DNA of 63,477 bases, counting the filler, from Octopus bimaculoides (taxonomy: Eukaryota), in NCBI RefSeq assembly GCF_001194135.2. It is 5 parts of 4 records of this genome, joined end to end, with 100 filler letters (N's around TTAATTAATTAA, not from the genome) between each part and the next. Parts side by side here need not be neighbours in the genome. Positions count along the whole stretch, not along the records: positions 35,356 to 59,262 come from NC_068981.1; positions 59,363 to 62,298 come from NC_068981.1; 3 more parts are not named here. One strand, 5' to 3'. Position 1 is the first letter of the stretch, and each line of letters starts with the position of its first letter. Below are positions 49,558-61,265 of the stretch, piece after piece. Under the pieces are notes generated by a model that was given only the letters and a program-made list of their open reading frames with translations, was not told the DNA's origin and made no database searches. The translations under genes were made by a program, and so were the position numbers.

Positions 49558-50227
49558 CAGCGGTTCTCAACCGGGTTCTATATGGCCCTCGAAAGTTCAC
49601 ATAAGATTTTGTTGTTAAAATTTATGTGCAATAAATTAGTTAAACTTCTTGAATACACAAAATATTTTAACAAATCTTTTAATACAATTCCTAATGGCAT
49701 TTAACTATAAAAGTATAATAGGCGCAGGAGTGGCTGTGTGGTAAGTAGCTTGCTTACCAACCACATGGTTCCGGGTTCAGTCCCACTGCGTGGTACCTTG
49801 GGCAAGTGTCTTCTCCTATAGCTTTGGGCCGACCAAAGCCTTGTGAGTGGATTTGGTAGACGGAAACTGAAAGAAACCCGTCGTATATATGTATATATAT
49901 ATATGTGTGTGTGTTTGTGTGTCTGTTTGCCCCCCCCCCCCACCACCACCATCGCTTGACAACCGATGCTGGTGTGTTTACGTCCCCGTAACTTAGCGGT
50001 TCGACAAAAAGAGACCGATAGAATAAGTACTAGGCTTCCAAAGAATAAGTCCTGGGGTCGATATTCTCGACTAAAGGCAGTGCTCCAGCATGGCCGCAGT
50101 CAAATGACTGAAACAAGTAAAAGAGTAAAAGAGTAAAAAAGAGTAGGATGTTTAAACATCAAATGGCTATGAGGGTCCACCCGAGTAAAATAGGAATCAA
50201 AGGGTAAAAGATGGTTGAGAACCACTG
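49558..50227 (+). mobile_element. hAT MITE interrupted by a SINE
   Basis: TIRs CAGCGGTTCTCAACC and GGTTGAGAACCACTG (14/15). Decayed 8-bp TSD GTATAGAT/ATATAGAC (6/8). Confidence 0.85.
49721..50144 (+). mobile_element. Full-length SINE family A (tRNA head, CORE-like block, internal microsatellite, (AAAAGAGT)n tail)
   Basis: A-box TGGCTGTGTGG, B-box GGTTCAGTCC, ACCTTGGGCAAGT at 49795-49807 (same 13-mer as the start of the MIR CORE), internal (TA)(TG), tail aaaagagt repeats. Confidence 0.93.
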
Positions 50228-51118
50228 ATATAGACCTATACTATCCAATATATCCGTCCTACTTTAAGACAGTAATTCGAAGAAATGTAACTGCTGTTTC
50301 TGCTACATTCCCTTTCGTTGTATATGCTGTATTGCCAGACAGTTCATCTAAAAATTTTCTTGGCAGGGAACCACTTTCTCTTTCTTTGTCATTATATATA
50401 AATCTATATTTAAACTTCTAACTTCATTCCGACGTCTGTGGAAAATTAGATGACGAGATTAGATTGTTTATTGAAATGGTAAATTTCTTAACCATACACC
50501 TTCAGGTCATTCACAAAATTTAAAAAATGCGAGCGGTGTTTCTAGGTCTAAAATATTCATTTCGATAATCAAATTTATATGTAGGTATGATAAAACATCT
50601 AAAGAGAGAACGAAAGTACACCACAGGCAATAAATCGTCATGCTGAATGATATTTGATGCTAGATTTAATATTTTTGATTCGTTCATCTCTCTGAAGTTA
50701 GGTACTATGCATCGGTTAAATGTTGGACAGCAGTTTCTAGTACTCATGAGACCAAGATAATTCTAGACCTTTGCCGAGCAACTCATGTGGTATATCATTA
50801 AAGTTTTTGTGATAGACTGTGAGTTGGTAGTCATTACAACATAGAACACAAAACTTTGTAATATTTGCTCCGGCATCATGAGTTTGAATCCAATCCCGCT
50901 GAGCAGATCTTCGATGTTGCGACTGTTTTGCTCTGATCGAACAAACTGTAACCAAAGACATTCATCTCGTGACTATCCCATCATTGTTGTATAGCTAGGA
51001 CTATATTGTATATGTCTAGACTGTCCTTCTAATTTTTAAAGACTACAAAGCGATCCGAGGGAGATTCGTTAGCTTTTCCACGTTTATTTTAATTCTTTCC
51101 TGTTATTTGAAACAGGAA

Positions 51119-51422
51119 GGCGCATGGCCTAGTGGTTAGGAGCATTCGGCTCACGATCATGAGTTCGATTCCCGGCGTTGCGTTGTGTCCTTGAGCAAGA
51201 CATTTCATTTCATGTTGCTCCTGTCCACTCGGCTGGCAAAAAATGAGTTGTACCTGTAATTCAAAGAGCCAGCCTTGTCACATTCTGTTATGCTGACTCC
51301 TCCTCGGAACTACGTTGAGAGCATGCGAGTCTGTGGAGTGCTCAGCCACTTGTACGTTATTTTTCACGTGCAGGTTGCTCAGATCAACTGGAACACTCAT
51401 CGCCGTGACCGATATTTTCATC
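51119..51422 (+). mobile_element. tRNA-derived SINE family C
   Basis: A-box TGGCCTAGTGG, B-box GAGTTCGATTCC, then tgtgtccttgagcaagaca central block. Confidence 0.85.
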
Positions 51423-52118
51423 GTAGGGATTTATGTTTTTTTGTTTTTTGGTTTGAAGCTCTGTTCTTCCTCTGCGGCTTTAGTTCATCGTTTGTGAAAT
51501 TTGAATAAATTTAGAATTTTTGCAGAAAAACGAGGATTAAAACAAATAGGAAAAAAAAGAAAAACGAACGAATTTATCTGACGAGCCAATATATATATTT
51601 ATATGTCTTCATGTATGTGTGTGTGTTCGTGTGGGGGGGGGGGATACGCGCGCGAAGCATAAATTAAAGAGCATGGGCGAGAAGGAAATGCAAGCGTACC
51701 AAGAGGAAATCGTGATGACACACACGCGCACCTAGCCGTCAACTAAACTAGACGCCGGGTGTTACAGACCCACACTGTGCTATGATTCAGGTGAGTCAGG
51801 GTGGGTTACTCATACAGCTATCACCATCTGATCAATATGTCCCTACACTGTGCTCCACAACACGCCAGGTCGACTGTAAACAATATCACGAATATATTCA
51901 AAACAAAAAACAAATGCAAATATAATCAACCCATTGTAGACTATGTAATGATGGCGGTGGCAGCAGTGACGGTAATGCTGATGGTGGGGGTGGTGACGGT
52001 GATGGGAATAGTGGTGGTGGTGATTTCGATGATTGTTTCTTTATCAACGGTGAATATTAAATTCAACAGCCATTGTCTTATGTTCTCACAACGTGCATAA
52101 AATCAATAGATTAAAGTT

Positions 52119-52663
52119 ACTCTTTTACTCTTTTACTCCTTTATTTGTTTCAGTCATTTGACTGCGGCTATGCTGGAGCACCGCCTTTAGTCGAGCAAAT
52201 CGACCCAGGACTTATTCTTTGGAAGCCTAGTACTTATTCTATCGGTCTCTTTTGCCGAACCACTAAATTACGGGGACGTAAACACACCAGCATCGGTTGT
52301 CAAGCGATGTTGAGGGGACAAACACAGACACACAAACATACACGCATATATATATATATATATATANNNNNNNNNNNNNNNNNNNNNNNNNNNNNNNNNN
52401 NNNNNNNNNNNNNNNNNNNNNNNNNNNNNNNNNNNNNNNNNNNNNNNNNNNNNNNNNNNNNNNNNNNNNNNNNNNNNNNNNNNNNNNNNNNNNNNNNNNN
52501 NNNNNNNNNNNNNNNNNNNNNNNNNNNNNNNNNNNNNNNNNNNNNNNNNNNNNNNNNNNNNNNNNNNNNNTAGTAGAAGACACTTGACCAAGGTGCCACG
52601 CAGTGGGACTGAACCCGGAACCATGTGGTTGGTAAGCAAGCTACTTACCACACGGCCACTCCT
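52119..52663 (-). mobile_element. SINE family A, full length, gap at the internal microsatellite
   Basis: Reverse tail actcttttactctttt, 3' body, N-gap 52367-52570, head ..cttaccacacggccactcct. Confidence 0.92.
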
Positions 52664-52699
52664 AAATAAGGGTCGTTAGTTCACTAAGTGGGGCGTGCA

Positions 52700-52939
52700 A
52701 ATAACAATAATAATAATAATGGTTTCAAATTTTGCCACAAGGGCTGAAATTTTTGGGGCGAGGGAAAGGTTGAGTCGATTACATCGAATCCAGTATTCAA
52801 ATGGTACTTATTTTATCGACCCCGAAAGGATGAAAGGCAAGGTCAACCTCAGCGAAATTTGAACTCAGAACATAAAGACGGAAGAAACGTCGCAAAGCAT
52901 TTTACAGGCACAATAACGATTCTGCCAACTTACCGCCTT
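52700..52939 (-). mobile_element. SINE family B, full length with (ATT)n tail
   Basis: Reverse head cgattctgccaacttaccgcctt, B-box tttgaactc, tail (AAT)n at 52700-52720. Confidence 0.9.
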
Positions 52940-52940
52940 C

Positions 52941-52988
<48 letters not shown>

Positions 52989-52989
52989 T

Positions 52990-53118
52990 CAATTCCTAAT
53001 TTTGGCATATGGCCAGCAATTTTAGAGGGAAGGGGAAGTCAATTACATCGATCCCAGTACTTTGGCCCCTAATGACTGGAGAGCATAGCTGACATCGGCT
53101 AGATTTGAACTCAGAGCG
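52990..53118 (-). mobile_element. SINE family B partial copy
   Basis: aattacatcgatcccagtact..atttgaactcag, next to (AAT)n 52943-52987. Confidence 0.6.
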
Positions 53119-53239
53119 GAATACAAATCTCGCCAAAAATAATGTTTATGAGAACAATGAAGGTAGAAACATTATAAAATTATTATTTACAATAATAAGA
53201 CAATTTATAGAAAGCAATAATTTTTCATATCATATACAT

Positions 53240-53278
<39 letters not shown>

Positions 53279-53630
53279 TAATATGGTAATTAAAATTTCT
53301 TACATAATACCATTAATAAGAAAAAATAATCATAAAAGGCTATTATATGTAATCTCCATCGTAGAGTATTCAAAACGCTTTTAAACCCTTGTTTTTGTTT
53401 GTCTTTTCTCCGTCTTCGTTCAATATAGGTTGGTGGTGAGTGCTATAAGTAGCAACTACGAGCTACGCGCACTTGAATAGTATGAATTACCCACTGCGAG
53501 TAGGGTGGGAATGCTGAAAGCTGATGACACCCACATAAAGGGATTTACACAAAGTGATATGTACACACGCACACACACACACACACACGCACGCGCGCAC
53601 ACACACACACACATACACACATACTAGACT

Positions 53631-53690
53631 TGATGTAATCGACTAGTCCCCCTCTCCCAAACTTTCAGGCCGTGTGCCTATAGTAAAATG

Positions 53691-53750
<60 letters not shown>
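53631..53750 (+). mobile_element. SINE family B 3' end with (ATT)n tail
   Basis: tgatgtaatcgactagtcccc..tttcaggccgtgtgcctatagta then (TAT)n. Confidence 0.75.
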
Positions 53751-53752
<2 letters not shown>

Positions 53753-53867
53753 CGGCAGAAGTTATAGATTGGCTCAGGTGCGAAAGTTTCGTGCTTTGGT
53801 AAACGCCAATGCAAGAAACTCTCGGCCCTGGTGTAAATCTGTAATATCTACCAATTATCAAATTTAT

Positions 53868-54066
53868 AGGAGTGGCTGTGTGGTAAGTAGCTTGCCTACC
53901 AACCACATGGATCCGGGTTCAGTCCCACTGCGTAGCACCTTGGGCAAGTGTCTTCTACTATAGCCTCGGGCCAACCAAAGCCTTGTGAGTGGATTTGGTA
54001 GACGGAAACTGAAAGAAGCCCGTCGTATATATGTATATATATATATGTATGTTTGTGTGTGTGTGT
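53868..54066 (+). mobile_element. SINE family A 5' half, ends in the gap at its internal microsatellite
   Basis: Near-identical to 49725-49920. Confidence 0.92.
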
Positions 54067-54529
54067 NNNNNNNNNNNNNNNNNNNNNNNNNNNNNNNNNN
54101 NNNNNNNNNNNNNNNNNNNNNNNNNNNNNNNNNNNNNNNNNNNNNNNNNNNNNNNNNNNNNNNNNNNNNNNNNNNNNNNNNNNNNNNNNNNNNNNNNNNN
54201 NNNNNNNNNNNNNNNNNNNNNNNNNNNNNNNNNNNNNNNNNNNNNNNNNNNNNNNNNNNNNNNNNNNNNNNNNNNNNNNNNNNNNNNNNNNNNNNNNNNN
54301 NNNNNNNNNNNNNNNNNNNNNNNNNNNNNNNNNNNNNNNNNNNNNNNNNNNNNNNNNNNNNNNNNNNNNNNNNNNNNNNNNNNNNNNNNNNNNNNNNNNN
54401 NNNNNNNNNNNNNNNNNNNNNNNNNNNNNNNNNNNNNNNNNNNNNNNNNNNNNNNNNNNNNNNNNNNNNNNNNNNNNNNNNNNNNNNNNNNNNNNNNNNN
54501 NNNNNNNNNNNNNNNNNNNNNNNNNNNNN

Positions 54530-54560
<31 letters not shown>

Positions 54561-54577
54561 GTATATGTATATGTATG

Positions 54578-54608
<31 letters not shown>

Positions 54609-55324
54609 GTATATATGTGTGTATGTGTATATATACGTATGTAGGGATGATGATTTTGTTATGTTAGATATCGTTTTACTGCTTACTTCAACCCATCCTA
54701 TCCATGTCATTATGCTTTATCCGTCTTCACATATGACATCAGTTATTCCCTGACAGTGCGCCACGATACAACGCTGCACCGCAAGCGATAAGTGTTCAGG
54801 GAATATTTTTGTTTAAATTTAAGGTTATAAGAGATCCACACTAACTGCTGCTTTACAAAAGCATGTCATTCAAAGTTTTGTTATGCACAAATATGATTAA
54901 TAACAGGAGGTAAGCAAGAGCTTTCTGTATTTTTATTTTCTAAATTTGTAACCATTTTGTTACCATATTTCTTTAAAAAAAAAAACTGCGTTTGTTTCAG
55001 TGATTCCTGAAAGAATGTAAAATTTAGCATTATTAACTTTGTCATTATTAAGCTAGTGTTTAAATCACAATATGAAATTTTGATGAAAGGCTTTAATTTA
55101 GATTACTTTGAAACAAGAAGTTTGTATTATATTTATAGGTCTCAGGTGGGTTACCACCGAAAAAGCTATCAGATTTTATTTTTAAAGTTTCTCTGGAGAC
55201 TGCATCACACACACACACCATCCACCAACACCCACACATACATATATATATATATATACATGTATATATATATGTGTATATGAATATATATATATATGTA
55301 TATGTATATATATGTATATGTATG

Positions 55325-55379
<55 letters not shown>

Positions 55380-56055
55380 NNNNNNNNNNNNNNNNNNNNN
55401 NNNNNNNNNNNNNNNNNNNNNNNNNNNNNNNNNNNNNNNNNNNNNNNNNNNNNNNNNNNNNNNNNNNNNNNNNNNNNNNNNNNNNNNNNNNNNNNNNNNN
55501 NNNNNNNNNNNNNNNNNNNNNNNNNNNNNNNNNNNNNNNNNNNNNNNNNNNNNNNNNNNNNNNNNNNNNNNNNNNNNNNNNNNNNNNNNNNNNNNNNNNN
55601 NNNNNNNNNNNNNNNNNNNNNNNNNNNNNNNNNNNNNNNNNNNNNNNNNNNNNNNNNNNNNNNNNNNNNNNNNNNNNNNNNNNNNNNNNNNNNNNNNNNN
55701 NNNNNNNNNNNNNNNNNNNNNNNNNNNNNNNNNNNNNNNNNNNNNNNNNNNNNNNNNNNNNNNNNNNNNNNNNNNNNNNNNNNNNNNNNNNNNNNNNNNN
55801 NNNNNNNNNNNNNNNNNNNNNNNNNNNNNNNNNNNNNNNNNNNNNNNNNNNNNNNNNNNNNNNNNNNNNNNNNNNNNNNNNNNNNNNNNNNNNNNNNNNN
55901 NNNNNNNNNNNNNNNNNNNNNNNNNNNNNNNNNNNNNNNNNNNNNNNNNNNNNNNNNNNNNNNNNNNNNNNNNNNNNNNNNNNNNNNNNNNNNNNNNNNN
56001 NNNNNNNNNNNNNNNNNNNNNNNNNNNNNNNNNNNNNNNNNNNNNNNNNNNNNNN

Positions 56056-56388
56056 CAAATAAATCGACCCTAGAACTTATGTTTTGTAAGCCTAGTACTT
56101 ATTCTATCGAGCTCTTTTGCCGAACCGCTAGTTAACAGGCATATAAATACACCAGCACTAGTTGTCAATCGATGGTGGGGGACAAACGCGAACACACACA
56201 CACACACACACACATACACACACACACACACAAATATCTATTCACATATACGACGGGCTTCTTTCAGTTTCCGTCTACCAAGTCCACTCATAAGGCTTTG
56301 ATCGGCCGGAGGTGTCACAAGCGGGACTGAACTCGGAACCATGTGGTTGGGAAGCAAGCCTCTTACCAACACAGTCACGCTTGCGCCT
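56056..56388 (-). mobile_element. SINE family A copy with an internal deletion
   Basis: Reverse match to 49721-50070. The block around tatagtagaagacacttgcccaag is missing near 56310. Confidence 0.85.
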
Positions 56389-56484
56389 CTGCATGTATGT
56401 ATGTATGTATGTATGTATGTATGTATGTATGATCTCCAGTATGTGAATTAGGAAAAAAAAATTGTGAGCCACCGATGTATGTGT

Positions 56485-56791
56485 GGAGGCACATGGCCTA
56501 GTGATTTGAGCAGCGGAATTGCCGTCGAAAGATTGCGGGTTCGAATCTCAGACCGGGCGATGTATGTGTGTTTATCAGCGAAACACCTAAGCAACACGCG
56601 GCTCCGACAGAAGGTAATGGCGACCGTATGCTGACTCTTTCGCCACAACTTTCTCTCCCTCTTTTCTCCTGCATCTAACAGCTTACCTGCGACGGACCAG
56701 CATCCCGTCCAGGTGGAGAACCTATACGACAATGAAACCGCGAAATCGGCGCTTATGAGCCAGGCTTGGTTCGAGAAGGAACAAACAACAA
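56485..56791 (+). mobile_element. tRNA-derived SINE family D
   Basis: A-box TGGCCTAGTGA, B-box GGTTCGAATC, body aaacacctaagc..ccacaactttctctc, (AAC) tail. Confidence 0.85.
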
Positions 56792-57211
56792 TTACCGATG
56801 TTCGACCTGCTAAAAATAACAGCCAAACGTACGTCAAATTAGTGAATTAAATGTGGAAGGATATATTAGTCTATGTTGTCCCGGATATTTATGGCTTGTG
56901 TATACTTTTTATCATAGCGTTGACTTGGGAGTTACACAACAACAACAAATAACAACAACAACAACAACAACACCAACAACAACGACGACTTTTATCGCAA
57001 CTATTGTTCACTTCCATCGCGTCACTACCCTTTCATTGCTTCAACTTGAAATGTATGATTCACCCATTCGCTCGTTCATTGTTTACATAAAAAGGAAGGG
57101 AAAACTAAAACAAGCACAAACAGCGCTCATTCGATCTCTGCTCTTCAAAACTGCCGATTTTCACCCGTTTCACATATTACCTCGGTGTTCACCGCCGGAC
57201 CACCAACTGAT

Positions 57212-57265
57212 TTCTTCTTCTTCTTCTTCTTCTTCTTCTTCTTCTTCTTCTTCTTCTTCTTCTTC
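57212..57265 (+). repeat. (TTC)n microsatellite next to a gap
   Basis: Direct reading. Confidence 0.95.
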
Positions 57266-58207
57266 NNNNNNNNNNNNNNNNNNNNNNNNNNNNNNNNNNN
57301 NNNNNNNNNNNNNNNNNNNNNNNNNNNNNNNNNNNNNNNNNNNNNNNNNNNNNNNNNNNNNNNNNNNNNNNNNNNNNNNNNNNNNNNNNNNNNNNNNNNN
57401 NNNNNNNNNNNNNNNNNNNNNNNNNNNNNNNNNNNNNNNNNNNNNNNNNNNNNNNNNNNNNNNNNNNNNNNNNNNNNNNNNNNNNNNNNNNNNNNNNNNN
57501 NNNNNNNNNNNNNNNNNNNNNNNNNNNNNNNNNNNNNNNNNNNNNNNNNNNNNNNNNNNNNNNNNNNNNNNNNNNNNNNNNNNNNNNNNNNNNNNNNNNN
57601 NNNNNNNNNNNNNNNNNNNNNNNNNNNNNNNNNNNNNNNNNNNNNNNNNNNNNNNNNNNNNNNNNNNNNNNNNNNNNNNNNNNNNNNNNNNNNNNNNNNN
57701 NNNNNNNNNNNNNNNNNNNNNNNNNNNNNNNNNNNNNNNNNNNNNNNNNNNNNNNNNNNNNNNNNNNNNNNNNNNNNNNNNNNNNNNNNNNNNNNNNNNN
57801 NNNNNNNNNNNNNNNNNNNNNNNNNNNNNNNNNNNNNNNNNNNNNNNNNNNNNNNNNNNNNNNNNNNNNNNNNNNNNNNNNNNNNNNNNNNNNNNNNNNN
57901 NNNNNNNNNNNNNNNNNNNNNNNNNNNNNNNNNNNNNNNNNNNNNNNNNNNNNNNNNNNNNNNNNNNNNNNNNNNNNNNNNNNNNNNNNNNNNNNNNNNN
58001 NNNNNNNNNNNNNNNNNNNNNNNNNNNNNNNNNNNNNNNNNNNNNNNNNNNNNNNNNNNNNNNNNNNNNNNNNNNNNNNNNNNNNNNNNNNNNNNNNNNN
58101 NNNNNNNNNNNNNNNNNNNNNNNNNNNNNNNNNNNNNNNNNNNNNNNNNNNNNNNNNNNNNNNNNNNNNNNNNNNNCACGCACAAACACACACACACACA
58201 CATACAC

Positions 58208-58248
<41 letters not shown>

Positions 58249-58249
<1 letters not shown>

Positions 58250-58418
58250 CGGGCTTCGTTCAGTTTCCGCCTACTAAATCCACTCAAGGCTTTGGTCGGC
58301 TCGGGGATGTAGTAAAAAAAAAACTAAAAATAAAACCGTGTCCAAGGTGCCACGCAGTAGGATTGTACCCGGAACCATATAATTGAGAAACAAACTCCTT
58401 ATCAAAGTAGCCGCACCT
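58249..58418 (-). mobile_element. SINE family A 5' half with an A-rich insertion
   Basis: gggcttc.ttcagtttccg..aaatccactcaaggctttggtcgg..ccaaggtgccacgcagt. Confidence 0.8.
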
Positions 58419-59262
58419 TTTAGTACATATTTTCAAATGTATTTAATTTGACTTTTCTACCTCAGTATTGATATTTATTTTTTTCCCTTTAATTTTATGC
58501 TTTTAAATATATCACTGAGACCTATGTAAAATTGGATCAATCGACTGCAGTTGGGATTTATGGTTTTTCCCACCAACTTATTTCTTAAAAAAAAAAAAAA
58601 AAGATGTAAGTAGAAAAAGACATAACTCGAAACGACGTATGTCGAGGTATGCCAATTTTCTGTCTTTAAAGAAGGGTACTTCGGTGACATCATTACTTTT
58701 AAGTTTCATGTTAAACTGAGCATTCATCAAATGGATGTGATTCGAATGGAAGCTTCAAACATACCTATGTATATTTGTTTTCCTTTGTGATTCTTTAAAC
58801 CTCACCAATAAAGTAACAGAATTTCGTTTGAATCAAGACGTTCCAGGAATTTGTGAATATGCGAGTGAGTTAATTTGTATGTAGGTATATATGTATGCCT
58901 GCATGTCAGCATGTATGTATGTATGTAAGTACGATTTTTCTTTGAGTTTTATTGAAATTCCTTTTGAGAAAGTGCAAGCTGGTCACAAAATTTTCTGAGT
59001 TAAGAGAGTTCCCGGTGCTTGTAAATATGTGGTTGAGGTGGGAGTATTGGTTGAGATGTTGATGCACACACCTACCTATGTACATTTATTCACATAAGAA
59101 TATCAGATGGGGATTGTTTGGAATGTCTTACAAATCTTCAGTTTACTACTAATAGATTGGATTTGGAGAATCCATAGTTTATTTTGCTCTTTCTCCGTGA
59201 AACCAGGTATTTCTAGGATTTTGTACAAATTTGTTGGTATACTCTTTTACTCTCTTTTACTT

Positions 59263-59362
59263 NNNNNNNNNNNNNNNNNNNNNNNNNNNNNNNNNNNNNN
59301 NNNNNNTTAATTAATTAANNNNNNNNNNNNNNNNNNNNNNNNNNNNNNNNNNNNNNNNNNNN
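59263..59362. other. Artificial linker N44-TTAATTAATTAA-N44
   Basis: Same 100-nt layout; a reverse SINE A tail lies just to the left. Confidence 0.9.
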
Positions 59363-60842
59363 TATATATATATATATATGCAGTTTATTGAACTATACCT
59401 CACCTTTTATGTCGTGTTGTAGAACTGAATATAGAGCAATGGTGATGAGGCTTTCTTGAAACACAATCAGAAAATACTTTTATTTATATACTTTAGACGT
59501 GTACTCATCTAACACGGTAATGTGAATTGACAAAGATCTGGCTACTGTTGATAGCAGGTCGGAAATGTCTTTGGTGACATGTTTGTCAACTTCCGATAGC
59601 AACAAAAATAAATGCGACAAACTATTCGAAGCTTTCAACATCAAAGTGGCAGTCACGTCCGTCATACATAAATTAAAACACTTTTCCACACAAATAGGTA
59701 TGCACATTTGCAAAGCACTGTTTTTCGCAAACTTCCACTATCCACTATATGTGTGTGTTGGTATGATTGTGTGTACGTCTCATTTGCCAGTGTATCTATA
59801 TGTGTGTTTGACTGTCTGTGTATCTGTGTTTGTGTTTATTTCGATCACATACCTTCATAAATATACGTATGTGGGTGTGTGCATATAAGTGTTTGATGTG
59901 TGTGTTTGTGTGTGTGAGTGTGTATGAAGACAGAGACAGACAGAGAGAAGTATATACGCATACTGACACACAAACACATACACACATATGTATGTATTTT
60001 CTGTACTATATTATTGTTTCAGCTTGATCTCTTTCTGCTCGTGTAAATTTCAAATGCTATTCTATCAATTATCATGACAAGGCGAGGTAATTAACATGAA
60101 TACATACATTTGCAACTGTGAACGGACGTTGTGTGTGTGTATGTGGGTATGTGTATGTGTTTGCATACGTATAACTTCAAACAATCTCTGCAATATACAA
60201 ATTTAAATGTAATGATGGGAGCAGGAGTCTTCTAATTAAAATATACTACATCGGACACTCTCTTGCTGGTTGATAATGCATTTCATATTAGAAGCCATCT
60301 CAAATCATTCTAACAGAGCACAGGACATGAAATTTGATAGAAGAATATTATGTTACACTACGGCAATTTTACATAAAATTTTAAGAAAATGAAAATGAAA
60401 ATAACTATGAAAGATAAACTAAAACCACACTAGAAAACGGATATCAACACGTATATATATCCCAAATAAAATGCATCATTAAATTACGCACAAGGTAGCC
60501 TTGTGTAATTTTCAAACGTAGCGTTGGTTAGTATATCAGTTATCGCATTATTCTCATATTACTTCCTGACTTACAGGACTCTTACCAACTCTTTATTTTA
60601 ACGATGGCACTGTGCAGGTATCGAAGCATTAATAGATTAATAGATTTAGAAAATATCGTACACCAAAGTAAACATAAAGGACTAATAAGGATATATGGAA
60701 AAAAAAACTCAATAATAAATAAATAAAGCTTTAGCGGTATCATCTCTAATGCTCCAAGCAGTTGATCCCTATTTACACAAATCACATGCATACATACATT
60801 CATTCATACATACACATATAAAATGTTTATATATATCTTCAT

Positions 60843-61000
60843 CTTTTAATTGTTTCAGTCATGAGACTGCTACCATACGGGTGCACTGCCTTCAAGTATT
60901 TTTCGTCGAATGAATCGACCCCGGAACTTTTTTTCAGCCTGGTACATATTCTCTCAGTTTCTTGCACGAACCGCTAAGTTACAGGAGCCAAACACAGACA
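60843..61000 (-). mobile_element. SINE A-related 3' part
   Basis: tgtttcagtcatgagactg..cgaatgaatcgacccc..gaaccgctaagttac. Confidence 0.7.
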
Positions 61001-61077
61001 CAAAGGCATACACACGCACATGCACACACATACACACACACACGCACACACACACACAGATATATATATATATATAT

Positions 61078-61265
61078 GGGAGAATATACAAATAATAACA
61101 ACAGACGAGGACAGGTGATGTAAATAACAAAAGGATATATTAGTATGACGCTAGGGAATACGGAAAGTCTTTGACGTTTCGAGCTACGCTCTTCAACACA
61201 AAGAATACGGAGACAAGGAGAAAAACACGGAGAAAAAAAATTGAATAGTGTTCAGTCAACGGTCA
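61078..61265 (-). mobile_element. Short (TA)n-embedded element with a minimal hammerhead motif, copy 2 (188 bp, both ends visible)
   Basis: Directly flanked by (TA)n on both sides. Reverse complement matches 43523-43684 with few differences. Confidence 0.8.
61168..61204 (-). ncRNA. Minimal hammerhead-like motif, copy 2 (additional C3G change)
   Basis: Minus strand TCTTT-GTGTTGA-A-GAGC-GTA-GCTC-GAAAC-GTC-AAAGA. All stems intact; C3 mutated to G. Confidence 0.5.

Noticed and set aside
51578-51600. CTGACGAGCC, a hammerhead-like opening
   Set aside because: No GGC-GAAA partner downstream.
53519-53550. CTGATGA with a CCC/GGG stem
   Set aside because: No GAAA box or stem III.
58590-58750. Minus-strand frame HLMNAQFNMKLKSNDVTEVPFFKDRKLAYLDIRRFE
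   Set aside because: Looks protein-like, but splice sites are poor and I recognise no homologue.
59430-59470. GTGATGAGG-CTTT-CTTGAAAC, hammerhead-like
   Set aside because: C3 absent, stem II only G.U pairs, no stem III or stem I.
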